A DNA stretch of 39,659 bases from Chiloscyllium plagiosum. Taxonomy: Eukaryota. The notes below the pieces were generated by a model. The model made no database searches. It was not told where the DNA came from and worked only from the letters and a program-made list of their open reading frames with translations. The translations under genes and the position numbers were made by a program. The stretch's first letter is position 1. Each line of letters starts with the position of its first letter. The stretch covers positions 86,890,730-86,930,388 of the forward strand of contig NC_057719.1 of assembly GCF_004010195.1 (NCBI RefSeq). The letters run 5' to 3'. This document shows positions 11,816 to 24,000 of the stretch, piece by piece.

Positions 11816-12005
11816 AAAATACTGCAGATGCTGGAAATTTGAAACAAAAACGGAAAACATCAGGAAGACACTGGAAGAAAAGTGACAAGTTAAAGTTTTA
11901 GGCACAATCCTACATCAGCACTCCATGAAATGTTAATTTGTCACTGCTCCCTAGAGATTGTGCCTGACTTGCTGAGTATATCCCACATTTTCTCCTTCAT
12001 TTCAG
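11816..12005. mobile_element. Older, related palindromic Penelope-like element
   Basis: ATACTGCAGATGCTGGAAAT end and GCCTGACTTGCTGAGTA..CCACATTTTCT...ATTTCAG opposite arm; heavily diverged. Confidence 0.5.
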
Positions 12006-13979
12006 GGAGAATAAGGACTTTTTTTAATGTCACAAATTAAATACTTGTTCTCTGTGCTAACGATTACTCCTGTAATCAAGCCCTGTCATACGAGTTCCAC
12101 CCTGTCCCAAACAAGTTCAATTGCTTAATTCTCTTCGACAGTGCAGTTAATTAAATTTATTTACACTAAAAACATACAAAAACTGCTGGAATGTTCCAAT
12201 TTAAAATTTATTTCAACACTGTTCACTAACCAACATTGTTCCTTCACAGTACTTGAGGGAAAACGCAGTAGATGCTGGTGATAAACATCTCAACCAATTC
12301 AGACCAGGGTGATAACAAAGTGCACAATTTACATTTTGTTTAACGCTGACTATAAATTGAAAACAAACTAATTACTCATCAAGTACCCATATGGAGCATT
12401 TAGCTGTCGGATGTTTGACACAATGGAATTAGAAACAAAGTGGCAAATAGTGGAAATCTGAAATAAACAACAGGTTGATAATCAGAACACCAAGTCACAC
12501 CTGTAAAAGTCAATGTACCTTAAATGCTGATTGGTTCGTGTGCATTTCAGAGATTTCTATGATGGAGCCACTAGTGATGGATATCACGCATCAAAAATGG
12601 CAGTAATCTAAGTCATCACTAGTAAAGTTAAAAAGATTTTAGTTTTTGTAAAGCTTGGCTTAAAGTGCATCTTAAATTTTGTGATCCATTTTTGGCATTT
12701 CAGAAATTCGCAAACTGTTGGTACATTTTAGGTGGGAGTAAGACATTCTTTTAGGCAATTGAATAGCTACAGAGAAGTTAATTTGAGTGTCATGTGCTTC
12801 TGCTTTTACACTACTGTAGTTTACTAGAACATGTTTTTACATTGTTTAGCAATGTTAGCAGAAAGTCTCGTTTAATCCTTGACTTCTCTTTACCCAACAG
12901 CTTTATCCATACTTCCACTCCCAAGAGTTAAGATGTCACAAAAAAGACAAAGATGATGCAAAACCACATCTCTGATAAAATATAAAAGATATCAACAAGA
13001 AACAAATGTTTCCTTAAGATGAATTAGGTTGCATGTAGTTTTTTTTAAAAAGGAAGTCATTATATATGATTCAATATTTACTTTAATGGTTTTTTAACCA
13101 CATAAATGTTTGAAACTTACAGCTACCCTCAGTATCTCTTAAGGTTTCTTTACTAATTTTTCATGATTGCACACATTACCATGCTGAAGTACTTGGTCTT
13201 TACTCATTTAAAGAAACTCCCTAATTCTGTTGTACAAGTTGAGTTCAACTGCAATTACCACAGAATAACTGATGGCAAGTCTCTCTGCCAGGAGAAAGGC
13301 AATGATGTTTCCAACCTACTGGCAAAGGCCTTGGCTGCTTGGAAACCAGAATCAATCGCTTCCAAATGGTCTTCCACACTGCTTGGCAACTATTCCAGTT
13401 AACCAGTCTTTTTCTTGGAACACCATTACCAAACTGTACCAGAAAAAGGGATATCATAAGCATTGAAAATTAACAGGCTGGATAAACTTGGTGTGCATTG
13501 TGAAGGGCCATGAGGCATGGTGGCATCAGTCCCAATACCATTTACAGAATTCGCAATACAGATTCAGAGACAATGTGCAATGCCATAGATTTCTGATTGC
13601 ATAAAGCAGTCTCACTAGGCTGCTGAGGGACAGAAATAATTGGGTCAGTCCTTGTCAAACTTCTTGATCATTCCTAGAATTCAGACTGAAATTTTAAAAG
13701 ATATATTGAGTAGTGACATTCCAGTAAAGTTCTAAGTGATCAGCTGGGAGAGGAACAGTCAGAGATGTTTTACTGGAGTTTTGAAGCAGCAAGGAGGATG
13801 GTGAACAACTGGCATTGTGGATGTGCAGAGATTGAGAAAGACTTATTAAAGATAAAACTCTTGAGCAGAAGAGTAAATAAGATATTAGATTATTTAAGTG
13901 GTAGCATTTATTGAGTTCAAATATTTAGTGACTGTAAATGATAGTGAGAAGAAACATGAATTATTTCATTAAGACATAA

Positions 13980-16900
13980 CAAAGATGAAGGGGCAAGTGA
14001 TTGCAATTTGTGGGTGCTCCTGGACACCAGTGTGATCTAAGGCATCCATGTCTGCAATTAAGTTTAAGTTTAAGTGCAGGAAACAAAACTAGAGACTACA
14101 GGCCAGAGGGGCAAGTTACTTGGACACTGGTTTCCAGAAAGCACTCATACCCCTTTTAACTGTTGGGCCTTTCAATTTGGCCACTGGCCAGAAAAGGGAT
14201 GGCGTGACAATGCTGTTACCTGCCTCATGCACTCAGAAGACAGGAGTCTCAGTCTTTGCAATTGTCCAAGTTCAGGGTTCTTTCAGTTTGTTTTAAATTT
14301 GTGGACGCTTCAGGGTAACTGTGATACGTGAAGCATTCAGGTAGGATGTGCAAAAAAAAAATGTCGGTTGTAAGGATGATATAGTGAGGGAAACTGATAC
14401 TTTTCTCTGCAAAGAGAAAGTGTCCAGTGGCTTTGTTGCCTTCCCAGTGCGGAGGTTTGTGATATCTGCTCAAAGCTGGACAGGAGTTTGGAGTGAAGGG
14501 GAGAATCCAGTCATTGTGGTCCACATAGGTACCAACATTACAAAGGACAAAGAAAGAGTTTGTGCATAGTAAGTATGAAGAGCTAGACCCAAATCAAGCA
14601 GCAGAACATCAAAAGGTAATAATCACTTGACAACCTTCACCAGCAGCAGGTTGTCAGAGTCAGAGATGTACAGCACGGAAACAGACACTTTGATCCAACT
14701 CGTCCATGCCGACCAGATTCCTAACCTAATCTAGTCCCATTTGCCTGCACTTGGGCCATATTGTCATAGAGAAATAAAATATAAATGGATAATTAGCTTA
14801 AATAATGGTTCAAGTGAGTTCTAGTTCATAGGTCACTGCCACCAGCATGGGGATTGTAAGTTCTGTATCTTTGGGACCGTCTCCATCAGGACCATGACGG
14901 GATGAGTGTTCTACGAAGCCTCATGAGAAGGAAGAAGAGTTTGAAGTTAAATATTGGAAGGAATTAAATTTGAGCAGCTTTCATAATTCAAAGATACAGC
15001 AAGGCAAGAGAGAAAGGGAACTGATAAAGAGACCACAAGAGGATAGGATAAGAAAGTGTTCAAGCCGAAGAGTAAATCAACAAGTATGACTAGAGATGAC
15101 AAAGTAATAAATACAAAATGCAAGGCTCTGATTCAAATATGGAGTGCATTATGATATGAAACATATGATAAGATAGTACTGATTTTTTAATAGTTGGAAT
15201 GTGAGACATGTTTGCATGATGACAGTTAAATATTAAAAGGGGACATGACATTCAATAAGGATAGGAAGCTCGCAATAAGTGGAGAGATGGCTGTGTTAGT
15301 AAATCATGGTACCAATATTAGTGCTGGTAACAATTTCAGGAAACCAGGATGCGGAAGCAATTTGGATACAGATGAGAAACAAAGGCAAGTCATCTTTGGG
15401 AGTGACATAGATGACAGTATAAATGAAGAAATAACTAGAGCCTTTCAGAAAGGTATGGCATTAATCATGAGGGATTTTAATCTACATACAGACTGTAAAT
15501 AAATCAGATCAAAGGAAATCAGGATGTGGAATTCAGAATGTTTTTGGGATAGCTTCCTCGAACAGGTTGTACTCTATGTAGGATTGTGTAATTAAATAGA
15601 ATTAAGTAATGACCTCATCTTAAATATGCTTCAAAGGATCAGTAATTAAAATATGACTGAATTTTACATTCAATTTGAGAGAGAGAACCGTGGGTTCAAA
15701 ATTGGTATTTTAAGTATAAATAAGAGCAACTACGAGAACATAAAAGTAGAGCTAATTAAAGTGAACTGGAAACTTAGGTTAAGGGATATGTCATTAAAGA
15801 TGTCGTAGTAGAGGGAATATCTTAGAACACTTTCCAATGACAAAGAAAAATTAGTTAGAGAGTGGGGAAACTAGCTACTAATATAAAATGGACAGTACAT
15901 GTTTCTATAGCTATTTTTAAAAGAACAGTTAAAAAAGTGACGATTGTTTCTATAGTAAGGGACTCTGGGAAATGAAATAATGGAAAAAAAGGAGATGGCA
16001 GATGAATTGAGTCGTTTTATTGCATCAGTCTTCATTATGGAGGATACAAGTAACAGCCTGGAAAGAACTGGCAATGAAGGGAGGCAGGAACTCAAGAAAA
16101 TTACTATCACCAGAGAAGTGGTACTGAGCAAATTATTGAAGCGACAGGCTCATCAGTGTCCAGGCTCTGACGAACTTCATCATCAGGTCTTAAGTGAGGC
16201 GGCTGGTGAGATAGTTGATGCATTGATTTGAATTTTGTAAATTCAAGCAAGATTTCATGAGATTGAAAAATAGTGACTAACTCCTTTATTCAAAAAAGGA
16301 GACAAAGCAGGAAACTACAGATCAGTTAGCTTCCTTTCAGCCATAGGGAAGCTGTTAGAAGCTGTTGAAAGACAAGTTGAAAGTTATCAGGCAGAGTAAA
16401 CATGGTTTTGAGAAGGAAATGATGTTTACCTCTCCACTGGATTTCTTTGAAGAATAATGGGTGCTATGAATTTTTTTTTATTTCAAGATGGTATTTGATT
16501 TCAAGAAGGTATTTGGTAAGGTGTCACATCAAAGGAAAATAAAACCTCATGGTGTAGGTATTAACATATTGGTAGGAATGGAAGATTGGTTAGCCAACAG
16601 GAAACAGTAGGCATTCGTGGGTCTTTTTCTGGTTGACAGATATAACAAGTTGTTTGTCAAGGTTGTTTGTGGGATCACAATGTTTTACAGTTTATATAAA
16701 AATGACTTGGCTGAAGAGACTGAAGGTATAGTTGCCAAATTTCCTGATGACAAAAATAGTTTGAGATGATATAAACACGCAACAGAGGGATACAGTTAGA
16801 TTAAATGAGTGGGCAAAGATCAGACAATTAGGACATTGATGTGGGAACATGAGAAATTATTCGCTTTCACAGGGAGAATAAAAAGATGAAGATCAGGATG

Positions 16901-17535
16901 ATACTTGGTATTCAGGTAAAGAAGCTATTAGAAGCACCAATAGATTGTTATCATTTATTGTGAGGAAAATTGAATACAAAAGTACAGAGGTTATACAGGG
17001 CACTAATGAGACTACATATAGAGAACGGTGTACAGTACTAATCTTATTCAAATAAAGTTGTGCAACTCAATGAAAACAATTCTTAGGTTGAATGAATTAA
17101 TACACAGCATGAGTGGATTGTCTTTTGGAGGAGGCTTGGACAGGCTAGGCTTGTATTTGCTGGAGTTTACAAGAATAAGAGGTGACCTGATTGAATTATG
17201 CAATGTTCCGAACAGTCTTGATAGGGTCCTTATTGAAAGGACCATTCCTTTTGTGGGAGAATATAGAACTCGGGATTATTCTTTAAATAAGGGGGTCATT
17301 CATTTCGGCAGAGATCAGGACTCGTTTTTCTTTAGAGTCATGAGCTTTGTAATTCCTTTTCCTTAAAAAGGTGGTGGGAAGCTAAATCCTTTAAGGCAAA
17401 CCAAGATAGATTGTTCCTTAGCATGGGGATGAAAAGTTATCAGGCAGGGGAAAATTTGAAGTAATCAGACCAGCCACAACCTTATTGATTGGCAAAGCAG
17501 GCTAGGGTGTTTGCATGACAAACTCCTACTCCTAA
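13980..17535 (+). mobile_element. Near full-length but heavily decayed CR1 LINE in the last EXD1 intron (antisense to EXD1)
   Basis: Colinear remnants: ORF1 GENPVIVVHIGTN (about 14500), endonuclease LIMRDFNLH (about 15470), MADELSRFIASVF...PGSDELH (about 16000-16180), RT C-terminus LDRLGLYLLEFTRIRGDLIE (about 17150), 3' UTR ending cctactcctaactc. Confidence 0.85.
14655..14760 (-). mobile_element. CR1/HER1 3'-terminal fragment nested in older CR1
   Basis: gagtcagagatgtacagcacggaaacagac...ccatgccgaccaga, close match to 39468-39570. Confidence 0.8.
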
Positions 17536-17640
17536 CTCATATGTTTGTATGTAACAGTCATACAGAGACAAATGAAGCAGAACACCACATCTGAAGGAAC
17601 CTTTAGGAACTTTCTTCCTGATTGCCAAGCAGTTTCTTAC

Positions 17641-17832
17641 CTCAGCACTTCCAAGATTAATACAGGGCATATTTCTGTACATGCTCAGATAGTTGTCCAC
17701 TTGAGTTGTGAAATCCATCATTAATTTGTCCATCAGGACGGAACGGAGTGAAAGCAGGTACATGACTTCTAATCCTGCTCTCTGCATCAAGCCTGTAGGA
17801 AGTGGACGGCAGGTCCATACTTTTGGGTTTTC
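17641..17832 (-). CDS. EXD1: EXD1 coding exon: ENPKVWTCRPLPTGLMQRAGLEVMYLLSLRSVLMDKLMMDFTTQVDNYLSMYRNMPCINLGSAE (ExoIII region)
   Basis: Acceptor tttttgtgcag|GAA, donor GAG|gtaaga; 192 nt, phase 0-0; lies within ORF 17482..17865. Confidence 0.93.
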
Positions 17833-19114
17833 CTGCACAAAAATATACAATGAGAGAAAAGACATGAAATTATGACAAACATTGCCTTCTTTTCAAAGTC
17901 TTTTCAAGTTGGGGCCAAAGCGAAAAAAAAACTTCTCTTTGCCAGAATATCTCCCAGAGGGTCATCTCGTGATTCCCGTATTTCAACTTCACAAATGCAT
18001 TTACAGCACAAACCAGTTGGAAATGGCCAAGAAGGGTGAGTGTTCACTCCCAAGTTGGAAGAGTGTATGTAAAGGAATATTTTAGATAAGCTAAGTGATC
18101 TTATTCTGTATTAAAATTCATCTCCATGTATCTTCCACTTATTTTTCACTTGCCTGTACTCATGCTGTATAACTATACTCAAAGCTCTTCTTAACTTGTC
18201 ATGACGACCATGGTTTTGAGAATTTGGGAGAGAAAAGTTGCATACTTTGAATTGTTCTGTTTTTTTTCCTGCAGTTAATTTAGAATCTTCAGAGAATCTA
18301 CATCCTTGAGATGAGCTTCCTGGTCTTACTGAGGGACTATTAAATAAGGACTGGGTATAGTTGTGGAAGAGATAAACAAACTTAAAATGATGTAGTTGCA
18401 TTTTCATAAGATAAATTGCAAGATAATTGCAAGTACAATTTTCTTTAAAATGTCCAACTGGTGTAATTTCTATCTTGTTTCACAATTATAATTTTCTCAC
18501 AAATAGAATCTGGTCGCCAATTAATTTGCCACTTTGTATGGTATGGAGGTTTCAAAATAGCAAGGAATTCATGAAAATTATGATAATATGTCATCTAACA
18601 GGAGAATAGTTCTTTTTACATCAGTTAGATCTGATAGTAGTCATTTCTTGCAAGAAGAGAGCAGAGGCCAAAGAAAATATTTACAGCAGTAAAGGGACAC
18701 TTAAATAAATGCATTGTAAATTAGGAGTTTTGATAGACTAAGTAAGGACAGACTTCTGCTGCTGCCAGATGGTTCGGTAAAATAGCTGCCATAAGTATGA
18801 ATCCCCATACTCCACATATTGAAATCTGGAAAGCACTGCCAGAAAGGGAAGCTGATTTAATGGTAACTTTCAGAAGGGGACTGAAGAAATATTTGAGTAG
18901 GAAACATTTGCAGGGCGGTGTTCAAAAAAGCAGGGTAATTTGACAGCTTGCTCAAACAGCTAGCATGCGGGCATGATGATCTGAGCAGTTTTAGTCTGTG
19001 CTATGAACTTCTATGTTTCTACCAATTCATCCTCTGAGCACTGAAACATAGATGATTATATTCAATAGAGACTGTGATAGCATTATACACTTCATCCAAG
19101 CTACTAATAAATAC

Positions 19115-19258
19115 CTTGACTGCACACGCACTGTGCTGCAGGAACAAGGCTTTAGTTGTGGGGAGGGAGAGGTGACGGACCAGGCATTCTTCCAACGTAC
19201 TGACGCAGCTGGGAAGAAGACCTCCTGTTTCTAAAGAGAACTGCAGAACATCTGCAAC
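19115..19258 (-). CDS. EXD1: EXD1 coding exon: VADVLQFSLETGGLLPSCVSTLEECLVRHLSLPTTKALFLQHSACAVK
   Basis: Acceptor ttttatccacag|GTT, donor AAG|gtattt; 144 nt, phase 0-0; lies within ORF 19019..19297. Confidence 0.93.
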
Positions 19259-20769
19259 CTGTGGATAAAAGAAAATCAAGGATAGTGTAACGATCAATTT
19301 TTAGCAGGAGAGGAAATTGGAGTGATGCATAAATGCAACCATGAACTAGTTGTCTGAATAACCCGTTTCTGTACTATACTGTATAATTCTAGATAACAAT
19401 GTGAGGGCTTATTTCACATGCAGCCTGCTATTTAATAGGCAGGACCTAAAAGGAACTTTACAAACCCTGCTAAAAGTGTGAAAAGGCATGATTCTAACAG
19501 TTCCAAACTGATCGTGATTCACCCTAATGTGCATGGGACATTTAACTTCCAGAATTATACTGGAAAGAACCTGACAAGAACCCAGAAAGCATGGACCACA
19601 AAGATGAATGGTCTGCATTCACAGCCTGTGCAAGAGCCATTTTCACACAGCTCAAAACTTTAGTTCTGTGCTGCGCTTGCTGCAAAGTTTATCCCTATTC
19701 CAAACTGGCAATGCTCAGCTTTGAGTGGAATACCACTTGAAAGCATGTATCTGATCTGTGAAAAGTTCTTCAGGAAAATTCTCCCTGCTTCCCTTTGAAG
19801 CCTAAAGAGAATTACAACTAAAAGTAATACTCTGAACAACACTCCTCAAAGACATTTCGAAAGGAGAAAGGCAGATTAGGTGGAAGCTTTAAAAATCAAT
19901 AAGGGCTGGGCCAATCTCAAATATGTAGGGTGCATCAAGCTTATCCTGCCATCAGTGATTTAAACAAAGACTATAGTTACCGGAATGAGAAAATTATTGA
20001 CTCCAATTTTGAATAACTGACAGACCAATGACAATTTTAGACTCAAATAACTGGTTGGTCCACATTCTAGACTCTGACCGTCATCAGTTGGTGTATTAAT
20101 GTTTTTTCATTACACTATGCAGGTGTGTCCAGTACCACTGTGCAGAAAAGTGAGACCCCCATGCTTTCAACCTTTTTTTATTGATGAGTAGTATTTGACT
20201 GCAAGCTGCTTGTGTCATAGAAACCATAATGGAAAAAAAATCACCTCCTGTCCAGATTGAGTTAGGTTCACTGAGGTTGAAAACATACTTGGATCTGTGT
20301 AAGGGAGCGAGGAGCCACAGCTGGGGAGCAGAATGCGTAATAGTTTGTTGGTTTTAAAAAAAAAGGTATTGGAAATGAGATGTTTGAAAAAATCAGCAGC
20401 TGAACAGTTACCCTAATTCCATACTGCTGAGGCACCATAATGCTTGTAACAGCTGATAATTTATAATAAGTTTGAATGAAATAGTCATCTCCATGATGCT
20501 GAATATTTCATAAAAGCCAATAATCTAACCCAGAAAATGACTTGGTTATTAATTAGTTTACCTCCTAGAATTGTTGGAGTGAGTGTAGATGAGTAACTTA
20601 CACTTCTGCAGTAACTAATCAAGAACATAATGAAGGTCTTCATCAATGGGTGAGAAAAAATAGACATCAATGGGCCATGAGAAACAGGAGCAGGATTAAG
20701 GCATTTTCCCATCATTATTGCTTTACCCTTGTCATATGTGCCTCTAATTTCCCAAGTTATATTTCACTT

Positions 20770-21870
20770 ATAGAGTCATAGGCCCTTCGGTCCAACCCGT
20801 CCACGCCGACCAGACATCTCAACCCAATCTAGTCCCACCTGCCAGCACCCGGCCCATATCCCTCCAAACCCTTCCTATTCATATACCCATCCAAATGCCT
20901 CTTAAATGTTGCAATTATACCAGCCTCCACCACATCCTCTGGCAGCTTATTCCATACACGTACCAACCTCTGCGTGAAAAGGTTGCCCCTTAGGTCTCTT
21001 TTATATCTTTCCCCTCTCATCCTAAACCTATGCCCCAGCCGATTCAACCTCAAATCCTCCAACCCTGGCAACATCCTTGTAAATCTTTTCTTAACCATTT
21101 CAAGTTTCACAACACCTTTCCGATAGGAAGGAGACCAGAATTGCATGCAATATTTCAACAGTGGCCTAACCAATGTCCTGTACAGCCTCAAAGGCAGCAC
21201 GGTGGGTCAGTGGTTAGCACTGCAGCCTCACAGTGCCATGGCCCCACGTTCAATTCCAGCCTCGGGCGACGATCTGTGTGGAGTTTGCATGTTCTCCCAG
21301 TGTCTGCGTGAGTTTCCTCCAGGTGCTTCGGTTTCCTCCCATAGTTCAAAGATGTGCTCGGTGCATTAGTCAGAGGGAAATGGGTCTGGGTGGGTTACTC
21401 TTTGGAGGGTTGGTGTGGACTTGCTGGGCCGAAGGGCCTGTTTCCACACTGTAGGGAATCTAATGTCAAAAACATGACCTCCCAACTCCCGTACCAATAC
21501 TCTGACCAATAAAGGAAAGCATACCAAACACCTTCTTCACTATCTTATCTACCTGCGACTCCACTTTCAAGGAGCTGTGAACCTGCACTCCAAGGTCTCT
21601 TTGTTCAGCAACACTCCCGAGGACCTTACCATTAAGGTGTATAAGTCCTGCTAAGATTTGCTTTCCCAAAGTGCAGCACCTCTCATTTATCGGAATTAAA
21701 CTCCATCTGCCACTTCTCAGCCCTTTGGCCCATCTGATCAAGATTCTGTTGTAATTTGAGGTAACCTTCGCTGTCCACTACCCCTCCAATTTTGGTGTCA
21801 TCTGATAACTTACTAACTATACCTCTTATGCTCACATCCAAATCATTAAATAAATATGAAGAAAAGTAGT
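20770..21870 (-). mobile_element. Relatively young CR1/HER1 LINE 3' part, interrupted by a SINE
   Basis: ORFs 20829..21200 (LYRTLVRPLLKYCMQFWSP...RVWNKLPEDVVEAG) and 21466..21741 (EQRDLGVQVHSSLKVESQVDKIVKK). Confidence 0.92.
21191..21465 (+). mobile_element. HE1-type V-SINE inserted in CR1
   Basis: GGCAGCACGGTGGGTCAGTGGTTAGCAC head; tail GAAGGGCCTGTTTCCACACTGTAGGGAATCTAAT. Confidence 0.88.
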
Positions 21871-22100
21871 CTTGGAGTTTGGAGAGGCATTTGTTTAGAA
21901 TTATGGTGTTGAAGTCGGAACTGCAGTCAATAAGCAGGAGCCTGATTTAGGTATCCTTTTTATCCAGATGTTCCAGGGATAAGTGTAGAGCCAGGGAAAC
22001 AGTGTCTGCTGTGGACCTGATGCACTGGTCGGCGAACTGTAAATGATCAAGGCAGCTGGTAGGCTGGAGATGTGAGCCATGACTACCCTCTTGGACACTT
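21870..22100 (-). mobile_element. Rex1/Babar-like LINE RT fragment
   Basis: Minus strand gives KRVVMAHI.SSLPA.LD.LQFA...STAD...LAL....EHLDKKDT..RLLLIDCSSDFNTII across frameshifts. Confidence 0.65.
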
Positions 22101-23299
22101 CATTATTATGGAGGACAGATACTAGTCTTGTTCTTCCATGTTGAATTTTTGCATTCAAGAGGAATCTCAGTATCCTCATATATAAATTGTGAAGTTAATA
22201 TATAAATAGTGCAAGAAATTAAAGAGTGAAGTAGTATTAAGGCAGCTAGTGTGTTAGGAAGGCAAATTGAACTTTGGCTTCACTGCTCAGGTGTTAAGAG
22301 TTCAAAATAGGGAAGTCTTGTTATAACTGTACAGGGTGTTGGTAAATGGAGTGATGTGTACAGTGTTGGCCAACATATTTAAGAATGAATACACTGGCAC
22401 TCCCAGTGAAACTGTGCTCACCCCGCCCTAGATCTATGCCCACCTCTTGCTCAACTTGGACATCAATACCTGGATCTCGAGAGAATAGGATTGTAAGTTC
22501 ACTTCATCTATAGAGATTTGACCAAGGAAAATCAAAGGATATACAGTATTCCCCAACCTCCAGCCCAGAACTTCCCTCCAACATGCTGATGCTACTGGTC
22601 ACCACTACAGTGGACTTCACCCTCGACTCTACCATGGTAATGATTGCTGGATGATAAGTGTTTGTTAGACCCCCTCCCATCCTACAGCATAGCCTGGTCT
22701 CCAGTAGTCTTGGATTTTCCCTGTTATTGCATCAAGACTTCGTTCTGCTGGTTGCATGCAGTGGTTGATGTGTCGCGACCACCCATTTTAAAAGAAATCA
22801 TGCACAGGAATCTTCCAGCTCCACCCCCACAACCAAGATGAATTTCAGGAACCTCATGGACAATCCCAACAACCACCTGAACATCACCCTGCTATCATAG
22901 CCTGAGATGTCCAAAACTACAACATTGAAATCACCACCCTGAGCCAGACACGATTGGCAGGAGAACAAGGTGCACCACACTTTATTCTGGAAAGGCAAAC
23001 CATAAGAACTAGATATCTCAATTAATCTCCCTTTGGGATAAGTGAACACGTTGTGACCCTATGATTCTTCCCTGGCCCAGAGACAATACATCACCATTAT
23101 CCTAGACCGTATGCGCAGCGGATGAGACCAAAGAGGCAGTCTACACCAGTCTCAACCATTCACTTTCCTTGATTTTGCCATGGCAATTTCAATTGCAGAA
23201 TCAGGAGGAACAGAGACCTTTGGAAAGGTTTAGGCAAAGAAAGTGTAGTCCTCCTTCTGACTAAGTGCCTCGTTGCTTGAATGAAGAGTACCCTATGAC

Positions 23300-23432
23300 C
23301 CATTCTGTGTTCAAGTCCTGCTCAAGAGATTAATCTAGGCTGACAATCCTACTGTGCAATGACCAAAAGCTGCTTTGTCAGCATGGTCATCTTTTGGATG
23401 AGGTGTTAAGCCAAGACACACACTACCCATTC
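23300..23432 (+). mobile_element. Degenerate DeuSINE (SacSINE1-like) fragment
   Basis: TCTAGGCTGACA...GCTGC..TGTC...CATCTTTTGGATGAGGTGTTAAGCCAAG resembles the Deu-domain consensus as recalled. Confidence 0.5.
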
Positions 23433-24000
23433 AATAAGATATTGGTGAGGCCACTTTTAGAAGTTTGCATACCATTCTGGTTACCCTGTTATGGGAAGAC
23501 TGTTGTTTAACAAGGTGCAGAAAAAAAATTAAAAGGATGTCACTGGGACTTAAGGTTTTGAATTATTTTAAGGCTTTAAGGAGAGACAGGATAGGCTAGG
23601 ACTTTTTCTTTCCCTCTGGAACAGAAGAGGCTGAGGAGGGACCTTGTAGAGGTTTATAAAATAATGAGGGTCATAGATTAGGTGAATAGCAAATGAATTC
23701 TTCCAGGAGTAGGGGAGTCCAAGACTAGAGGGCATAGGTTTATGATGAGAGGGGAACATTTAAAAGGGACCTAAGGAACAACCTTTTCATGCAGAGGGCG
23801 GTACATGTACGGAACAAGCTGCCAGAGGAAGTGATAGAGTTGTGTTCAATTACAGCATTTAAGATATTTGGACAGATACACGGATAGAAAACATTTAGAG
23901 GGATAGTGTGGGAAATGGGACGAGTTTAGGAAACCAAGTCAGCATGGACAGGTTGGACTGAAAGTTCTATTTAAGTGCTGTATAATGCTATGACTCTATA
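23433..24000 (+). mobile_element. CR1/HER1 3' fragment nested in RTE
   Basis: ttggtgaggccacttttaga...ggacctaaggaacaaccttttcatgcagagg...tgctgtataatgctatgactcta (CR1 RT end and tail). Confidence 0.85.

Noticed and set aside
13245..13463. Minus-strand ORF with an acceptor-like start as an extra EXD1 exon
   Set aside because: Flanking exons already join colinearly with known EXD1 (GSAE|HYSMELP); the peptide is unrecognisable and has no good in-frame donor.
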